This document shows, piece after piece, positions 25,464 to 35,744 of a stretch of 49,211 nt of DNA. Positions within the stretch are counted from its first letter, which is position 1, and each line of letters opens with the position of its first letter. A model generated the notes under the pieces. It saw only the letters and a list, made by a program, of their open reading frames with translations, was not told the origin of the DNA and ran no database searches. Source of the DNA: a virus (Duplodnaviria; Caudoviricetes); IMG/VR virus record IMGVR_UViG_3300023171_000018, positions 1 through 49,211 of that record. The stretch is one strand, 5' to 3'. The translations under genes were made by a program, and so were the position numbers.

Positions 25464-26117
25464 ATGCCAGTAATTAAAACGATCCGGCTACCACGCCTTC
25501 CTAGTAATCTGGCAGAACAGCCCCAGCTTCTTGAACGATACTGGGACGAGGCAATGACCGCCATTGAGAAAACTCTTAATGCAGTTCTTGCTATCCCTGA
25601 GATTCAAGCAGGGTTGGCAGAGATCGATGGAAAGGTAGACGTAGCTCAAGCTGCTGCGGTATCCGCTCAAGCCGCTGCTGAAGCTGCCCAGACTGCTGCA
25701 GAGACTGCACAGGGGTCAGCTGACGGTGCTCAGGCTCAGACAGAAGCTCAGAGGAAAGAGTCTTCTATTTCTCAGAGCTATGTCACAGGTTACACTGGCT
25801 CAATCATCTCAGCTACGGCTGCGGGGTTGATCGCTATTGCAGCTCATCAGCGAGTCTATGGCGATCCTACCCTCGATCCCTCGGTCGCTGTCAACGGCGC
25901 TACCTTTTCTTCAGGGGCAAATCCCGGAGATGTAGTCCGAGTCTATTACGTCGATGCCACGCGGACTGGAGGTGCAGTGACGTATCAGTTCACGATCGAT
26001 CCTGCAAACCCCCCAGTACAGACAGGGAATACTCATTCCGTAGGCGCTGTCACAATTCCCGTAACCGGTACTAAGCCAGGAAACGGCATTCGACCCCCGG
26101 GGTACGTCGAACCATAA
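25464..26117 (+). CDS. Tail needle-like protein (P22 gp26 position)
   Basis: Ala/Gln heptad coiled coil followed by a beta-rich tip; synteny. Confidence 0.6.
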   Translation: MPVIKTIRLPRLPSNLAEQPQLLERYWDEAMTAIEKTLNAVLAIPEIQAGLAEIDGKVDVAQAAAVSAQAAAEAAQTAAETAQGSADGAQAQTEAQRKESSISQSYVTGYTGSIISATAAGLIAIAAHQRVYGDPTLDPSVAVNGATFSSGANPGDVVRVYYVDATRTGGAVTYQFTIDPANPPVQTGNTHSVGAVTIPVTGTKPGNGIRPPGYVEP

Positions 26118-26127
26118 AGGAAAAGAA

Positions 26128-27750
26128 ATGGCAGCTCAAGTTTATTACTCTCCGTTTATCCCTGCCTTCAATGGTAACGGAGCGCCAGTTCCGGGGGCTA
26201 AGCTCTACTTCTTCTACACGAATACGAATAACAAGGCTCCGATCTACTCCGACGAAGGGTTGACGATTACTCTCGGCAATCCTGTCTCGGCTGATCTAGC
26301 GGGTAAGTTCCCGAATGTCTACCTCAACGACTCCATTACTTATCGAGTTCGTATCACTGATCCCGGGGATATCCCACTTGGTGCAGACATCGACCCTTAT
26401 GTCCCGGGTACGGCACTGAAGGGTGAGGCAGGTCCTCCGGGTGTAGGTGGTAATACCTTCCTTACTCTTTCGAGTATGAAGGCGCTCAACCCTGTTCAGT
26501 TCGCTTCTGCTATTCTTGCAGACGGTACGAAGCCCCCGATCCCCTACGCCTATGTCACTGGTAACTTTACTTCCCGAGCCAATGACCCGAACATCGTCAA
26601 GCTAGACTCTACTCCTTTAAGCGTAGGTGCCTTGGTTGCAGGTGGTACGGTCTCTGGTCTTCAGCCAGTGACTAATAAGTTTGTTGTCAATATCGATGGC
26701 GCTGTCCGTAACGCTCTTGGTGATCGAGTTTTCATGGGCGGTGCTGTCGGATATGATGGTAATTATCCAAACGATGACCCGGCCCATCAAGACTGGTACA
26801 CGACTTACGAACGACTACAGGGCCGAGGTAATGGCATCATCGTCTCGAGTCAGACGGCAATCCTTACTAACAATAACAACGGTGCCGCTGTAGGGTTGAC
26901 GGTCGCTGCAAGGACTTCGAACTTCCATCCTGCGGTCGGTGGCGCTGTCGGCCTTGAAGCTCACGTCGTAAATGACAACACTGCTTCTTCTCATGACGCT
27001 TGGGCTATCTATTCCGAAGCTACGAGAGACAGTGATGCCGTAGGTGCTATCATTACTTATGAGGCTGACTCCCGTAACAAAGGAGCGTTCCACGCCATTA
27101 CTCCGTATCTTCAGAGTGCGAAACAGTCTGTCGTTCTTCAGGTAGCTAGTGGCGGTGCCCTCACCGGTGTCGGCTGTGAAGATGTCTCTGCTGGTATTAA
27201 CTTCCGTCACAATCCGACGAAGTTTGGTGCCGGTATCGTCTTCGGTAATTCGTCCATCCGTGGTACTGATGGCAATGGTGTCGGGATTGGTAATGCAATC
27301 CTCTTCGCTCGTGGTCACCAGATGGCATGGTGTAACGCAGCCGGGGATCAGACGTCATTCATCTATGGTGCTGGTGCGACTGGTACGAGTAAGATGAGCA
27401 TCAGCTTCCTTGATCTCGGTATGACCATTGGTGGTCCTAGTGACACTAGTGTTGCGATCTTCCGTCCTGTTGGTGCCGCTGTCAATTACCTAGACTTCAG
27501 TGGTGCTATCATCAACGAACAGCCGGTTATTGCTGTTAATGGGTTCAACGCCAACATCGATCTGAAGTTGACGCCTAAGGGTGGTGGTACTCTCGCAATT
27601 GGTAACGCCTCTAACTTCGTTGCAAAGGGGACAGGAACTCCTGTCTTCACCAGCACTCTCCCCTCTGGTATCAGCCCGACAGTTAAAGAGTGGTGGGCCA
27701 TCCACAACGCCAACGGCGAGTTCCGTCTAATTCCTCTATTTGGAGTGTAA
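26128..27750 (+). CDS. Tailspike / tail fibre
   Basis: NG.PV.GAKLYF...IYSD...NPV head-binding-like N-terminus; Gly-rich beta-repeat body. Confidence 0.8.
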   Translation: MAAQVYYSPFIPAFNGNGAPVPGAKLYFFYTNTNNKAPIYSDEGLTITLGNPVSADLAGKFPNVYLNDSITYRVRITDPGDIPLGADIDPYVPGTALKGEAGPPGVGGNTFLTLSSMKALNPVQFASAILADGTKPPIPYAYVTGNFTSRANDPNIVKLDSTPLSVGALVAGGTVSGLQPVTNKFVVNIDGAVRNALGDRVFMGGAVGYDGNYPNDDPAHQDWYTTYERLQGRGNGIIVSSQTAILTNNNNGAAVGLTVAARTSNFHPAVGGAVGLEAHVVNDNTASSHDAWAIYSEATRDSDAVGAIITYEADSRNKGAFHAITPYLQSAKQSVVLQVASGGALTGVGCEDVSAGINFRHNPTKFGAGIVFGNSSIRGTDGNGVGIGNAILFARGHQMAWCNAAGDQTSFIYGAGATGTSKMSISFLDLGMTIGGPSDTSVAIFRPVGAAVNYLDFSGAIINEQPVIAVNGFNANIDLKLTPKGGGTLAIGNASNFVAKGTGTPVFTSTLPSGISPTVKEWWAIHNANGEFRLIPLFGV

Positions 27751-27751
27751 C

Positions 27752-27943
27752 ATGATTAAAGATGATTTCATTGCAGCTAATAAGACGGTTGACGCTATCG
27801 TAGGCGCTACTCGTCATGGTAAGGAAGGGGGCGCTGTCCTTATCCTTACTGACTACCGGTCCTTTGACCTCTCTGCGGTAGACATCCTATCCCTCCCGGC
27901 AGGATATCCTAAGTGGGTCAACGGTACTGAAAATTACATTTAA
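27752..27943 (+). CDS. Hypothetical protein (possible tail chaperone)
   Basis: ATG 27752 after GGAG RBS. Confidence 0.6.
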   Translation: MIKDDFIAANKTVDAIVGATRHGKEGGAVLILTDYRSFDLSAVDILSLPAGYPKWVNGTENYI

Positions 27944-27952
27944 GGAATAGAT

Positions 27953-28138
27953 ATGCAGATCGATGGTCACGTCCTAATCAATAATCTTAAGCTTCAGCGG
28001 AACTCTGCCCTTGATGCTCTTGCTGAGGCCGATGCTCAGCGTCATGCCCTTCAGCTGGAAGTCGATGACCTCCGAGCGAGGTTGGATGCTGCAGAAAATC
28101 CAGGGCCTGCCCCGGTAGAGGTAAAAGCTAAGAAGTAA
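27953..28138 (+). CDS. Small coiled-coil protein
   Basis: QRNSALD..A..A coiled coil; AAGGA RBS. Confidence 0.65.
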   Translation: MQIDGHVLINNLKLQRNSALDALAEADAQRHALQLEVDDLRARLDAAENPGPAPVEVKAKK

Positions 28139-28518
28139 TGAAACGAAGTACAGACCCCAACGATCTCAGAGATTTGATGCCAGAAGGAAGTCTAGGGTTT
28201 GATCCCGAGACTATTCTCAGTAACGGTTTCTGTCTCATAGAAGGTGATGACAAAGCACTCTTCGAGAAGAAGGGCGGGGTCTGCTTCGGACATTACTTCC
28301 TCAAGAGTCGAGGAAGGGAAGCAGTGGACGTCTCCACGGCATTCCTCAAAGAAGCATTCAAAGAGTGTTCTGTCATTGCTGGCCTTACCCCTATAGAGAA
28401 TAAGGCGGCACTGTGGATGACTCGAAGGCTGGGGTTTACAATGACAGACGTCCTTGATAGTGACGTAGGCAAGATGCAGCTGAGTATGCTGACGAAAAAG
28501 GATTTCATGAATGAGTAA
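28138..28518 (+). CDS. GNAT-like virion assembly protein (P22 gp14 position)
   Basis: SRGREA, TPIENKAALWMTRRLGF motifs. Confidence 0.65.
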   Translation: MKRSTDPNDLRDLMPEGSLGFDPETILSNGFCLIEGDDKALFEKKGGVCFGHYFLKSRGREAVDVSTAFLKEAFKECSVIAGLTPIENKAALWMTRRLGFTMTDVLDSDVGKMQLSMLTKKDFMNE

Positions 28519-29254
28519 GATTTTCGGAGGCAGCAAGAGTAAGTCGGTCAGCCAGAGTACGCAGTCAAGCACTGCGGTTTCTAACTCAGGTAATCAGGCC
28601 TACGCCCCACTCTCTGCTGCTTACATGCCCGCTGTCAATCAAGGCAATGCAGCTGTCAGCCAGATCGGGGCTCTCCTTGGACTCGGTGGTGATACTGCCG
28701 CAGCGAATACTGCGTTTGATAACTACCGTGGTTCGACTGATTACCAGTTCACTCTCGATCAGGGTAACAAGGCGATTAATAATAACGCCGCTATCAGTGG
28801 TCAAGTCGGCAGCGGTAAGACATTGAAAGCTATTCAGGGCTTCGGTCAGAATACGGCGAATAAGTATCTCGGTGACTACATCTCGAAGCTTCTCGGCATC
28901 GGTACCTATGGTACTCAGGCCGGTGGTCTCATTGCAGGTGCAGGTCAGCAGAGCAACAGCAACAGTTCTTCGATTGGTCAGAGTACTGGTCAGTCTTCGT
29001 CCTCGACGAATGAAGGCATTGCCAAGACGCTGGGTGCTGCTGCTAGCATGGCTGCTGCAAGTGATCGACGGTTGAAGAAGGACATCGTTCTTGTAGATCG
29101 CCTCGATGACGGACTCGGTGTCTATGACTGGACTTACATCTCCGGTGGTCCACGATACCGTGGTCACATGGCAGATGAAATCGAAGCCATCCGTCCTTGG
29201 GCGCTTGGTCCAACCATTGATGGTTATCAGACCGTCGATTACGCAAAGGTCTAA
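28511..29254 (+). CDS. DNA ejection/pilot protein (gp7-like) with C-terminal peptidase S74 chaperone-like domain
   Basis: YQF..DQG..AI...AA..G...SG.TLKA; SDRRLKKDI...GHMADE...VDY. Confidence 0.75.
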   Translation: MSKIFGGSKSKSVSQSTQSSTAVSNSGNQAYAPLSAAYMPAVNQGNAAVSQIGALLGLGGDTAAANTAFDNYRGSTDYQFTLDQGNKAINNNAAISGQVGSGKTLKAIQGFGQNTANKYLGDYISKLLGIGTYGTQAGGLIAGAGQQSNSNSSSIGQSTGQSSSSTNEGIAKTLGAAASMAAASDRRLKKDIVLVDRLDDGLGVYDWTYISGGPRYRGHMADEIEAIRPWALGPTIDGYQTVDYAKV

Positions 29255-29256
29255 GT

Positions 29257-30252
29257 ATGAACATTCTAGACCTCATTCAATCGAGCGGGGCTATTTCGGG
29301 TCAGACTCCGGGATTCGGTGACGCATTCAAGCCTGACCAAGGTCCTGATATCCAAGTCATGGCCGAACCTAAGAGGCAGATCGAAGAGGACGACCGGGTC
29401 GAACCTAACGTCCGGAAAACTGACGAACTCATTCCCCGGAAGGGTATGTTTGGAGTCAAGGGTACTCTTCGTGACGTCCTCGGGTTGATTGGTGACTCGT
29501 TGCTCGTAGGTGGTGGGAAGCAGGCTATCTATCGTCCTGTCCGTGAACAGGAGAAGCTCGGCTCCGCTATCTACGGGTATAACGCCAACCCTCAGGCTGC
29601 TATCGATCGTGCTGCTATTGTCAACCCCGAGGCTGCTATGGATCTCCAGAAGCAGTATGGTCAGGACAAACGTACCGACCAATTGATTGCTCAGCAGGTG
29701 CTCGGTGCTCAGCAGAAAGCTAGGACTACACTAGGTTCTATGGCACAGGGGTTGATGAAGAACCCTCAGTTGTATGCTCAGTACCGCCCTCAGCTTCAGG
29801 CTCTTAGTGACAAGTACGAACTCGGTCATACCTTTGGTGACACGCTCAACCCTGAGGATCTTGATATGCTGGCTCGTAGCGGTCTGACTCCGGATCAGGG
29901 ATTCGATAACGACCGACAGGATATGACTGCTGCAGATATGCAGGAGTATCGCAATGGCCAGCTCGGTGTCTCTCGTCAGCGTGCTGCTGAACAGCGTCGG
30001 CACAATACGAAGATGGAGAACCGTCCTCAGGCAAGTCGTGTTGATCACGGCCCGGGGGCTAGCAACATTGATGCTCAGGTTCTTCAGAGTATTCAGAACG
30101 GGTCTGCAACTCCAGCACAGCAGCGTTACTACGACCAGCGACTGAAGAGGGCAGGGCCTAAGCCTTCGCTACTCGATAGTCTCCGTGGTGGCTCGGGCGG
30201 TAAGGGTCCTCCTCCGCCCCCTAACGGTGGTTCGTTCCGTAAAGTTAAGTAA
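29257..30252 (+). CDS. DNA ejection protein (gp20 position)
   Basis: Helical, Gln/Ala-rich, between the pilot protein and the large internal protein. Confidence 0.6.
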   Translation: MNILDLIQSSGAISGQTPGFGDAFKPDQGPDIQVMAEPKRQIEEDDRVEPNVRKTDELIPRKGMFGVKGTLRDVLGLIGDSLLVGGGKQAIYRPVREQEKLGSAIYGYNANPQAAIDRAAIVNPEAAMDLQKQYGQDKRTDQLIAQQVLGAQQKARTTLGSMAQGLMKNPQLYAQYRPQLQALSDKYELGHTFGDTLNPEDLDMLARSGLTPDQGFDNDRQDMTAADMQEYRNGQLGVSRQRAAEQRRHNTKMENRPQASRVDHGPGASNIDAQVLQSIQNGSATPAQQRYYDQRLKRAGPKPSLLDSLRGGSGGKGPPPPPNGGSFRKVK

Positions 30253-30276
30253 TAAGTAACAAAGAAGGAATCAGTA

Positions 30277-33200
30277 ATGGCCAATAAGCCTGCTTGGGTC
30301 CAAGACCCGTCTAACCCTGCCCGTATGACGTATACTGATACGGATGGGTCTGTCTATGAATCTGTCTCAGACGCTCCTCAGGAGGTCGTAGAGAACCAAG
30401 AAGATTACACGGACCCAGAGGTAGCTCCCGAACAGGAAGCCCCTGTAGCACAGGCCGAGGCGGCCCCTGCGGCTCCTCAGTGGGTTAAAGACCCAAGCAA
30501 TCCTAACCGGATGACCTTTACTGATACCGATGGCAGCGTCTATGAAAGTGTCGCTGACTCAGCTCCCGGGGTAACTCAGGGGTCGAATAATGGTGTCCAG
30601 TCGGGAGACAATGGCGTCCCGTTCATGGGTCGTCCGGGTGAGACCATCGCACCTGCCAAGGCTCCTGAGCAGCAGGACCGTTTCAGCGAGAAGATTGATC
30701 GTCAAGGTGGTTGGGGTATCAGCCGTGATACTCGTGACTTCTTCGGGGGTGAGACGTCTCCGATCGCTGGTGCAGCGGACCTCGGCTTCCGTGCATTGCA
30801 GGGATTACAGGCTGTTACTGAAGTTGCAGCCGAGGGTGTCGATGACGCATTTGATAAGTCGGGCTTCGCCGATCTCCCCCGCGCTTTCGGTAGCGAACTG
30901 AAGATTCATCCCGGTGAAGCTGCTATGGCTTTGATGGAAGCATTCCCTGCTGGTGGTGCTGAAGTCGGCATGATGCCACAGGGTCGTGTCGCTGCTCCTG
31001 CGATGGACGCCCAAGAAGTGTTCAACGCCGAAGTCAAAGCACGGATCAAGGCGGGTGCTACTCGTGAAGAGCTTGACGCCTTTGCCGCTGAGACGGGTCG
31101 TCCTGCATTTGGTCCCGACCTCGAACCAGTGCTGAAGGCACGAGATACTAACCGTCCTTTTGATGTCGCATCGTTCCGGAAGCAGACTGAAGAGAAGGCG
31201 GTCAAGGCTGCTGTAAAGGCAGACCCCGAGAACCCTGCTGCTGCACTTTCTGCTGCTGGTCATGATCCTGCTATCCTCGATAAGACTCCGTTTACTCCGA
31301 TGAAGGACCGCGCCGCTGTAAAAGCACAGGCAAAGGTCGATGATCTTAGTCAGCGTATCTCGGTGATTACTGAAGATTGGAAGAACGCTCCTGAGTTCGA
31401 GGTCATCAATCGTGTAGACGACATCGAAGATGAAGCAATCAAGATTTCTGCTAAAGAGAATCAGGCTGACGGAGCCCTCGGCTTCCTTGGTCCTGATGGC
31501 AAAGTCCGGGTCATTGCAGAGAACATCGAGAATCCCTCGGAGCTTCACTCTGTTGTCTACCACGAAGCACTCGGCCACTACGGACTGGCTCAGAAGTTTG
31601 GTGACGATCTTACTAAGACACTCAACGACTTCTATGAGAACGGCTCCGGTGACTTCCGTTCGAAGGTCGATGACTGGATGGAGAAGAACCCGGAGTACTA
31701 CAAGGGTCAGGACAATCCTCATCTCCTCGCTGCTGAGGAAGTCCTCGCCGAGATGTCTGAGCGTGGCGCTATCCCTGCTGAACTGAAGGACCGTGTCGTC
31801 AATCAGATCAAGGGCTATGGCCGTCAGATCGGCATCAATTTGAAATACAGCGACCGAGAGATCAATACTATTCTTGGTATGTCGCATGACGCAGTCCTAA
31901 ACGGCATGGGTCGTGACGTAGCAGCCAATGGCTTCCGCTTCGCTCGTGTCTACCACGGCAGTCCTCATGACTTCGACCAGTTCTCGAACGACTTCGAGGG
32001 CTCAGGTTCGGGTGCCCAGATGCTGGGTCACGGGACTTACATGACGATGGACAAGGAGTACGCCAAGGCTTATCGTGGGGGCAAAGACGGCAAGCTTTAT
32101 GAAGTCGAAATCCCTGATCGTGGCTGGCTTGACTGGGACAAGAAGGTCTCTGAACAGCCTGACGTCCTTCATGCATTTCAGAAGGCAGGGTTCGAAGTTC
32201 GTAACAAGAACTGGACCGCGGGTGAAATCTACAAAGACGTCTCGTTTGAGCATGGTCAGCAAGCTGTCTCGGAGGCTCTCAGCAAGGAGGGCATCACTGG
32301 TAACGCATTCAAGGATTATGACGGTACTCAGAACTTTGTAGTCTATGACCCGAAGAATGCCGAGATCGTCAACAAGTACATGCGTCGTCGAGCTAAACCC
32401 GGTGATGACGTAGACAATCCTTCGGGTGCGATGATGGCGGGGAATATCAACCTCGACCGTATCGCTACTTCGCGTGATGTCTCCGGTGTCCTCGATGACC
32501 TCGCTAAGAATGCTCCACTCGAAAGGAAGACTTGGGATCAGGTCAAGAATGAGGCTCGTGAACTGGGACTGAACCCCGGTAAGGTCCAGAAGGATACGAA
32601 GGGTGTCGGCAACTTGTCGGCGAAGCTCTTTGCTTATCGTCAGGTTCAGACTGATGTCCTCGAACGTGTAGCAGAGTTGAGTGAACGGTTAGATGTCAAC
32701 TACAACGAAGTCGACCACGCCAACTATCTCGCTAAGCTAGGCCAGCTCACTGCTGTTCATGCCCGTGTCTCCAATGATACGGCAGAGATCGCTCGGGCAC
32801 TAGGTAGTCTTCGTATGACTGCTCAGTCGAGTAAGAGATCGTCGGAGATTCTGGAGGCACTGGCTCAGTCCGGTCTTCCGATGTCTTCTCTCGCTGATCG
32901 AGATGTCTTTATGCGGTTTATGAAGTCGGTTCAGGCTCTGCAGCAGTCGGGGAATCCTCAGGGTGCAGCGGCGTTGATGAACAAGGTCGTCAAACCTTAT
33001 TGGGAAGATTATGTCCTCTCCGGTCGTCACAGTCTGATGCTCTCGGGTCTCGGTACTCACTACAAGAATATTCGAGACAACCTCAATATGATTGGTCGTG
33101 AGTACATCGAAGCTGCCTCCGGTGTCCCCTTCGGTGGTATTGCTAAAGAAGAGATGGCGGGTCGTACCTATGGTTTGATCCGTGCCGCCCTAGACAGTAC

Positions 33201-34710
33201 GACCTATAAAGATACGTGGACTGCATTCAAGGACGGTGTCGGCAACACTCAGCTGAATACGAAGACTGAACTTCAGTCGGCTCGTATCCCAGTACTGTCG
33301 AAGGTCGGTGACGCACTGAACGCTGAAGATACCTTCTTCCGTAAGTTCATGGAGACTAGCAATTTGTACGCCGTAGGTGTCCGTGAAGCAAAGAAGCAGG
33401 GCTTCAGTGGTCCTCAGTTGTTCGCACAGGGTAGCCATCTCGCTCAGAACCCTACTGAGGCGATGCTTAAGGAAGCTCGGAGCATGGCTGATGTCTCTCT
33501 CCTCGTCAGTGAGCCTAGTAAGCTTGCTAAGGGTATTGAGACGATCAAGGCAAGGAAGGTAGAGATGACTGCCGGTGAACGTACCGGTCGTTTCATTGCC
33601 CACCTCGCCTTCCCATTCCTGCGTACCACTGAGAACCTCCTCTTCCAGCAGCTCCGTCGTTCTCCGTTGTCCTTCATGGATGGTCAAACTCGTGCTGACT
33701 TCGCAGCAGGGGGCGCTCGGAGGAGTACTGCTGTCTCTAGGACTGTGATGGGTACTACGATTATCGGGTATTACATCTATGCCGCTCAGAAAGGCGATGT
33801 CACTGGCGGAGAGAAGGACTTCAAGAAGGTCGCTGCTCTCGAACCCGGTGGGTACAAGGCTAATAGTGTCGTCTCTAAAGACAAGTACACTGATGCCACT
33901 GCTTTGAATACGTCCTTCCCTAATCCTTTTGGGCTAGACAATGCCACGGCAGCTAACGTCGCAACACTGGTTAATACCTATAACGGCATGGTTGAGACTG
34001 GTAAGAGTAAGGGCGAGGCATTCGGTGCGACAGTGAAGGCTTTCATCAAGGTCATCGGTGCCGCTTCGTTTGCTGAGAACATGCGTCCTTATCTCGATCT
34101 CATGGGTGCTCGACAGGAAGAGACTGGTAAGACTGCAGCTGCGGCTGGTGGTCTCGCTAGTCAGTTCGTTCCTGCTCTTGGTCGTCAGATTAACAACGCC
34201 TTGGTTGATACTAAGAAGAGGGATTACACCGGAGACCAGTCCTTTACTGATCGTGTCAAGGGTCGTGTCGAAAGTGGCATCCCCGGGCTCAGTGATAACT
34301 ATCCTTTGAAGTACGATGTCTACGGACAAGAGGTCGATAAGGGTGTTGGTATCACTGGTGTCGGTGCCAGTAAGAACAAGCCAAGTGATGCTACGATCAA
34401 GGAGATGCAGCGAGTAGAACGGAGTCTAACGAAGCCGGTGATCACTGCTGCTCCTCGTGATCTCACTATCGAAGGTCAGAAGACTAAACTCATCGGTGAA
34501 GACTACGCCCAGTATCAGAAGCTCGTTGGTACCCACCTCCGAGAAATCATGGGTGAAGTCATTCAGTCTCCGGGGTACAAACGGTTGACCGATAAGGATA
34601 AGCGAGATGTCCTCCGGGAGGCTCAGACGGAAGCAAGGAAGGCTGCTAAGATGGAGATACTGCCACGGTTGAAAATAGAGGACTTCAAAGATCCAGATGA
34701 GGACAAGTAA
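30277..34710 (+). CDS. Large internal virion/ejection protein with zincin-like and ADP-ribosyltransferase-like domains
   Basis: HEALGHYG...AAEEVLAE; YHGSPHDF...GTYMT...LYEVEI...NFVVYD. Confidence 0.75.
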   Translation: MANKPAWVQDPSNPARMTYTDTDGSVYESVSDAPQEVVENQEDYTDPEVAPEQEAPVAQAEAAPAAPQWVKDPSNPNRMTFTDTDGSVYESVADSAPGVTQGSNNGVQSGDNGVPFMGRPGETIAPAKAPEQQDRFSEKIDRQGGWGISRDTRDFFGGETSPIAGAADLGFRALQGLQAVTEVAAEGVDDAFDKSGFADLPRAFGSELKIHPGEAAMALMEAFPAGGAEVGMMPQGRVAAPAMDAQEVFNAEVKARIKAGATREELDAFAAETGRPAFGPDLEPVLKARDTNRPFDVASFRKQTEEKAVKAAVKADPENPAAALSAAGHDPAILDKTPFTPMKDRAAVKAQAKVDDLSQRISVITEDWKNAPEFEVINRVDDIEDEAIKISAKENQADGALGFLGPDGKVRVIAENIENPSELHSVVYHEALGHYGLAQKFGDDLTKTLNDFYENGSGDFRSKVDDWMEKNPEYYKGQDNPHLLAAEEVLAEMSERGAIPAELKDRVVNQIKGYGRQIGINLKYSDREINTILGMSHDAVLNGMGRDVAANGFRFARVYHGSPHDFDQFSNDFEGSGSGAQMLGHGTYMTMDKEYAKAYRGGKDGKLYEVEIPDRGWLDWDKKVSEQPDVLHAFQKAGFEVRNKNWTAGEIYKDVSFEHGQQAVSEALSKEGITGNAFKDYDGTQNFVVYDPKNAEIVNKYMRRRAKPGDDVDNPSGAMMAGNINLDRIATSRDVSGVLDDLAKNAPLERKTWDQVKNEARELGLNPGKVQKDTKGVGNLSAKLFAYRQVQTDVLERVAELSERLDVNYNEVDHANYLAKLGQLTAVHARVSNDTAEIARALGSLRMTAQSSKRSSEILEALAQSGLPMSSLADRDVFMRFMKSVQALQQSGNPQGAAALMNKVVKPYWEDYVLSGRHSLMLSGLGTHYKNIRDNLNMIGREYIEAASGVPFGGIAKEEMAGRTYGLIRAALDSTTYKDTWTAFKDGVGNTQLNTKTELQSARIPVLSKVGDALNAEDTFFRKFMETSNLYAVGVREAKKQGFSGPQLFAQGSHLAQNPTEAMLKEARSMADVSLLVSEPSKLAKGIETIKARKVEMTAGERTGRFIAHLAFPFLRTTENLLFQQLRRSPLSFMDGQTRADFAAGGARRSTAVSRTVMGTTIIGYYIYAAQKGDVTGGEKDFKKVAALEPGGYKANSVVSKDKYTDATALNTSFPNPFGLDNATAANVATLVNTYNGMVETGKSKGEAFGATVKAFIKVIGAASFAENMRPYLDLMGARQEETGKTAAAAGGLASQFVPALGRQINNALVDTKKRDYTGDQSFTDRVKGRVESGIPGLSDNYPLKYDVYGQEVDKGVGITGVGASKNKPSDATIKEMQRVERSLTKPVITAAPRDLTIEGQKTKLIGEDYAQYQKLVGTHLREIMGEVIQSPGYKRLTDKDKRDVLREAQTEARKAAKMEILPRLKIEDFKDPDEDK

Positions 34711-34919
34711 TGGTTGAAAATGATCACGTAAGGCTAGCTCTTCTTGAGCATAAGGTTTCAAACATCGAGATGAAAATAGAAGCCTTGAACACTAAGATGG
34801 ATGAACTCCTGGCCTTGCGTAGTAAAGGGATGGGGGCGTTCTGGGTAGCGTCCCTCCTCTTCGGTACCGGTATCTTCGGCTTCGTCATGACGATGTTGTC
34901 GTGGATGAAACCTCACTAA
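34710..34919 (+). CDS. Small single-TM protein (holin or antiholin-like)
   Basis: Coiled coil plus C-terminal TM segment, just before the endolysin. Confidence 0.6.
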   Translation: MVENDHVRLALLEHKVSNIEMKIEALNTKMDELLALRSKGMGAFWVASLLFGTGIFGFVMTMLSWMKPH

Positions 34920-34945
34920 TATAAGCTCTGCTTAAAGGAATTGAT

Positions 34946-35473
34946 ATGATTGACGAACTCATCAAAGGAGTCCTCGCACGAGAGGGCGGCTATGTAAACG
35001 ACCCTCGGGACTCCGGAGGTGAGACCAATCTCGGTATCACTGTCGCTGTCGCCCGGGCCAATGGCTACAGTGGTAGTATGAAGGAGTTGACTAAGGAGAA
35101 GGCTGCTGACATCTATAAACGTCAGTACTTCATTCGCCCGAAGTTTGACGAAGTCTCGAAGCGTTATCCGAAGGTCGCTGACGAACTTTTTGATACTGGT
35201 ATTAATATGGGTCCGGGGGTAGCTGCAAAGTTTCTCCAACGCTGTCTCAATGTCCAAGACGGTATCACGATTGGTGTCGACGGAGCCATCGGCCAAGGCA
35301 CTCTCGCGGCTCTAGATACGTTCAAAGCGAAGCGTGGTGCTGCTGGAGAAGGTTGGCTACTGAAGGCGCTTGATGCTCTTCAAGGTGCGAGGTACATTGA
35401 ACTCGCTGAAAACTCGGTGAAGAACGAAGCCTTTGTCTATGGCTGGATTGCGAATCGACTTGGTAATGCCTAA
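34946..35473 (+). CDS. Endolysin, glycoside hydrolase family 108 with peptidoglycan-binding domain
   Basis: EGGYVNDPRDSGGETNLGIT, FDTGINMG, DGAIGQGT and F.YGW..NR motifs. Confidence 0.93.
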   Translation: MIDELIKGVLAREGGYVNDPRDSGGETNLGITVAVARANGYSGSMKELTKEKAADIYKRQYFIRPKFDEVSKRYPKVADELFDTGINMGPGVAAKFLQRCLNVQDGITIGVDGAIGQGTLAALDTFKAKRGAAGEGWLLKALDALQGARYIELAENSVKNEAFVYGWIANRLGNA

Positions 35474-35744
35474 TCAGATACCACACCAGAAGGTAGTTAT
35501 CTGGTTTAGCGTCCTCGGTGTCCTCGGCTACGCAGCGTTCTCGGTATGGACGTTTGCTTGGTTGAAAGATGCTACTATGGTCGGTGACGTCATTGGTACG
35601 TGGAAGAGCTTTGCTGTCCTCGCCTTTGGCTTCTGGCTAGGTAGCAGCAGTGGGGGCAAGGCTATCCTCAACGGTCCTACGGATGTCAAGGTCGTCAATA
35701 AAGACGATGATCCAGTGAAGACGGAGTCTCAGGATGGAAAGTAA
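35466..35744 (+). CDS. Holin (two TM segments)
   Basis: Two hydrophobic helices and GFWLGSSSG motif. Confidence 0.7.
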   Translation: MPNQIPHQKVVIWFSVLGVLGYAAFSVWTFAWLKDATMVGDVIGTWKSFAVLAFGFWLGSSSGGKAILNGPTDVKVVNKDDDPVKTESQDGK

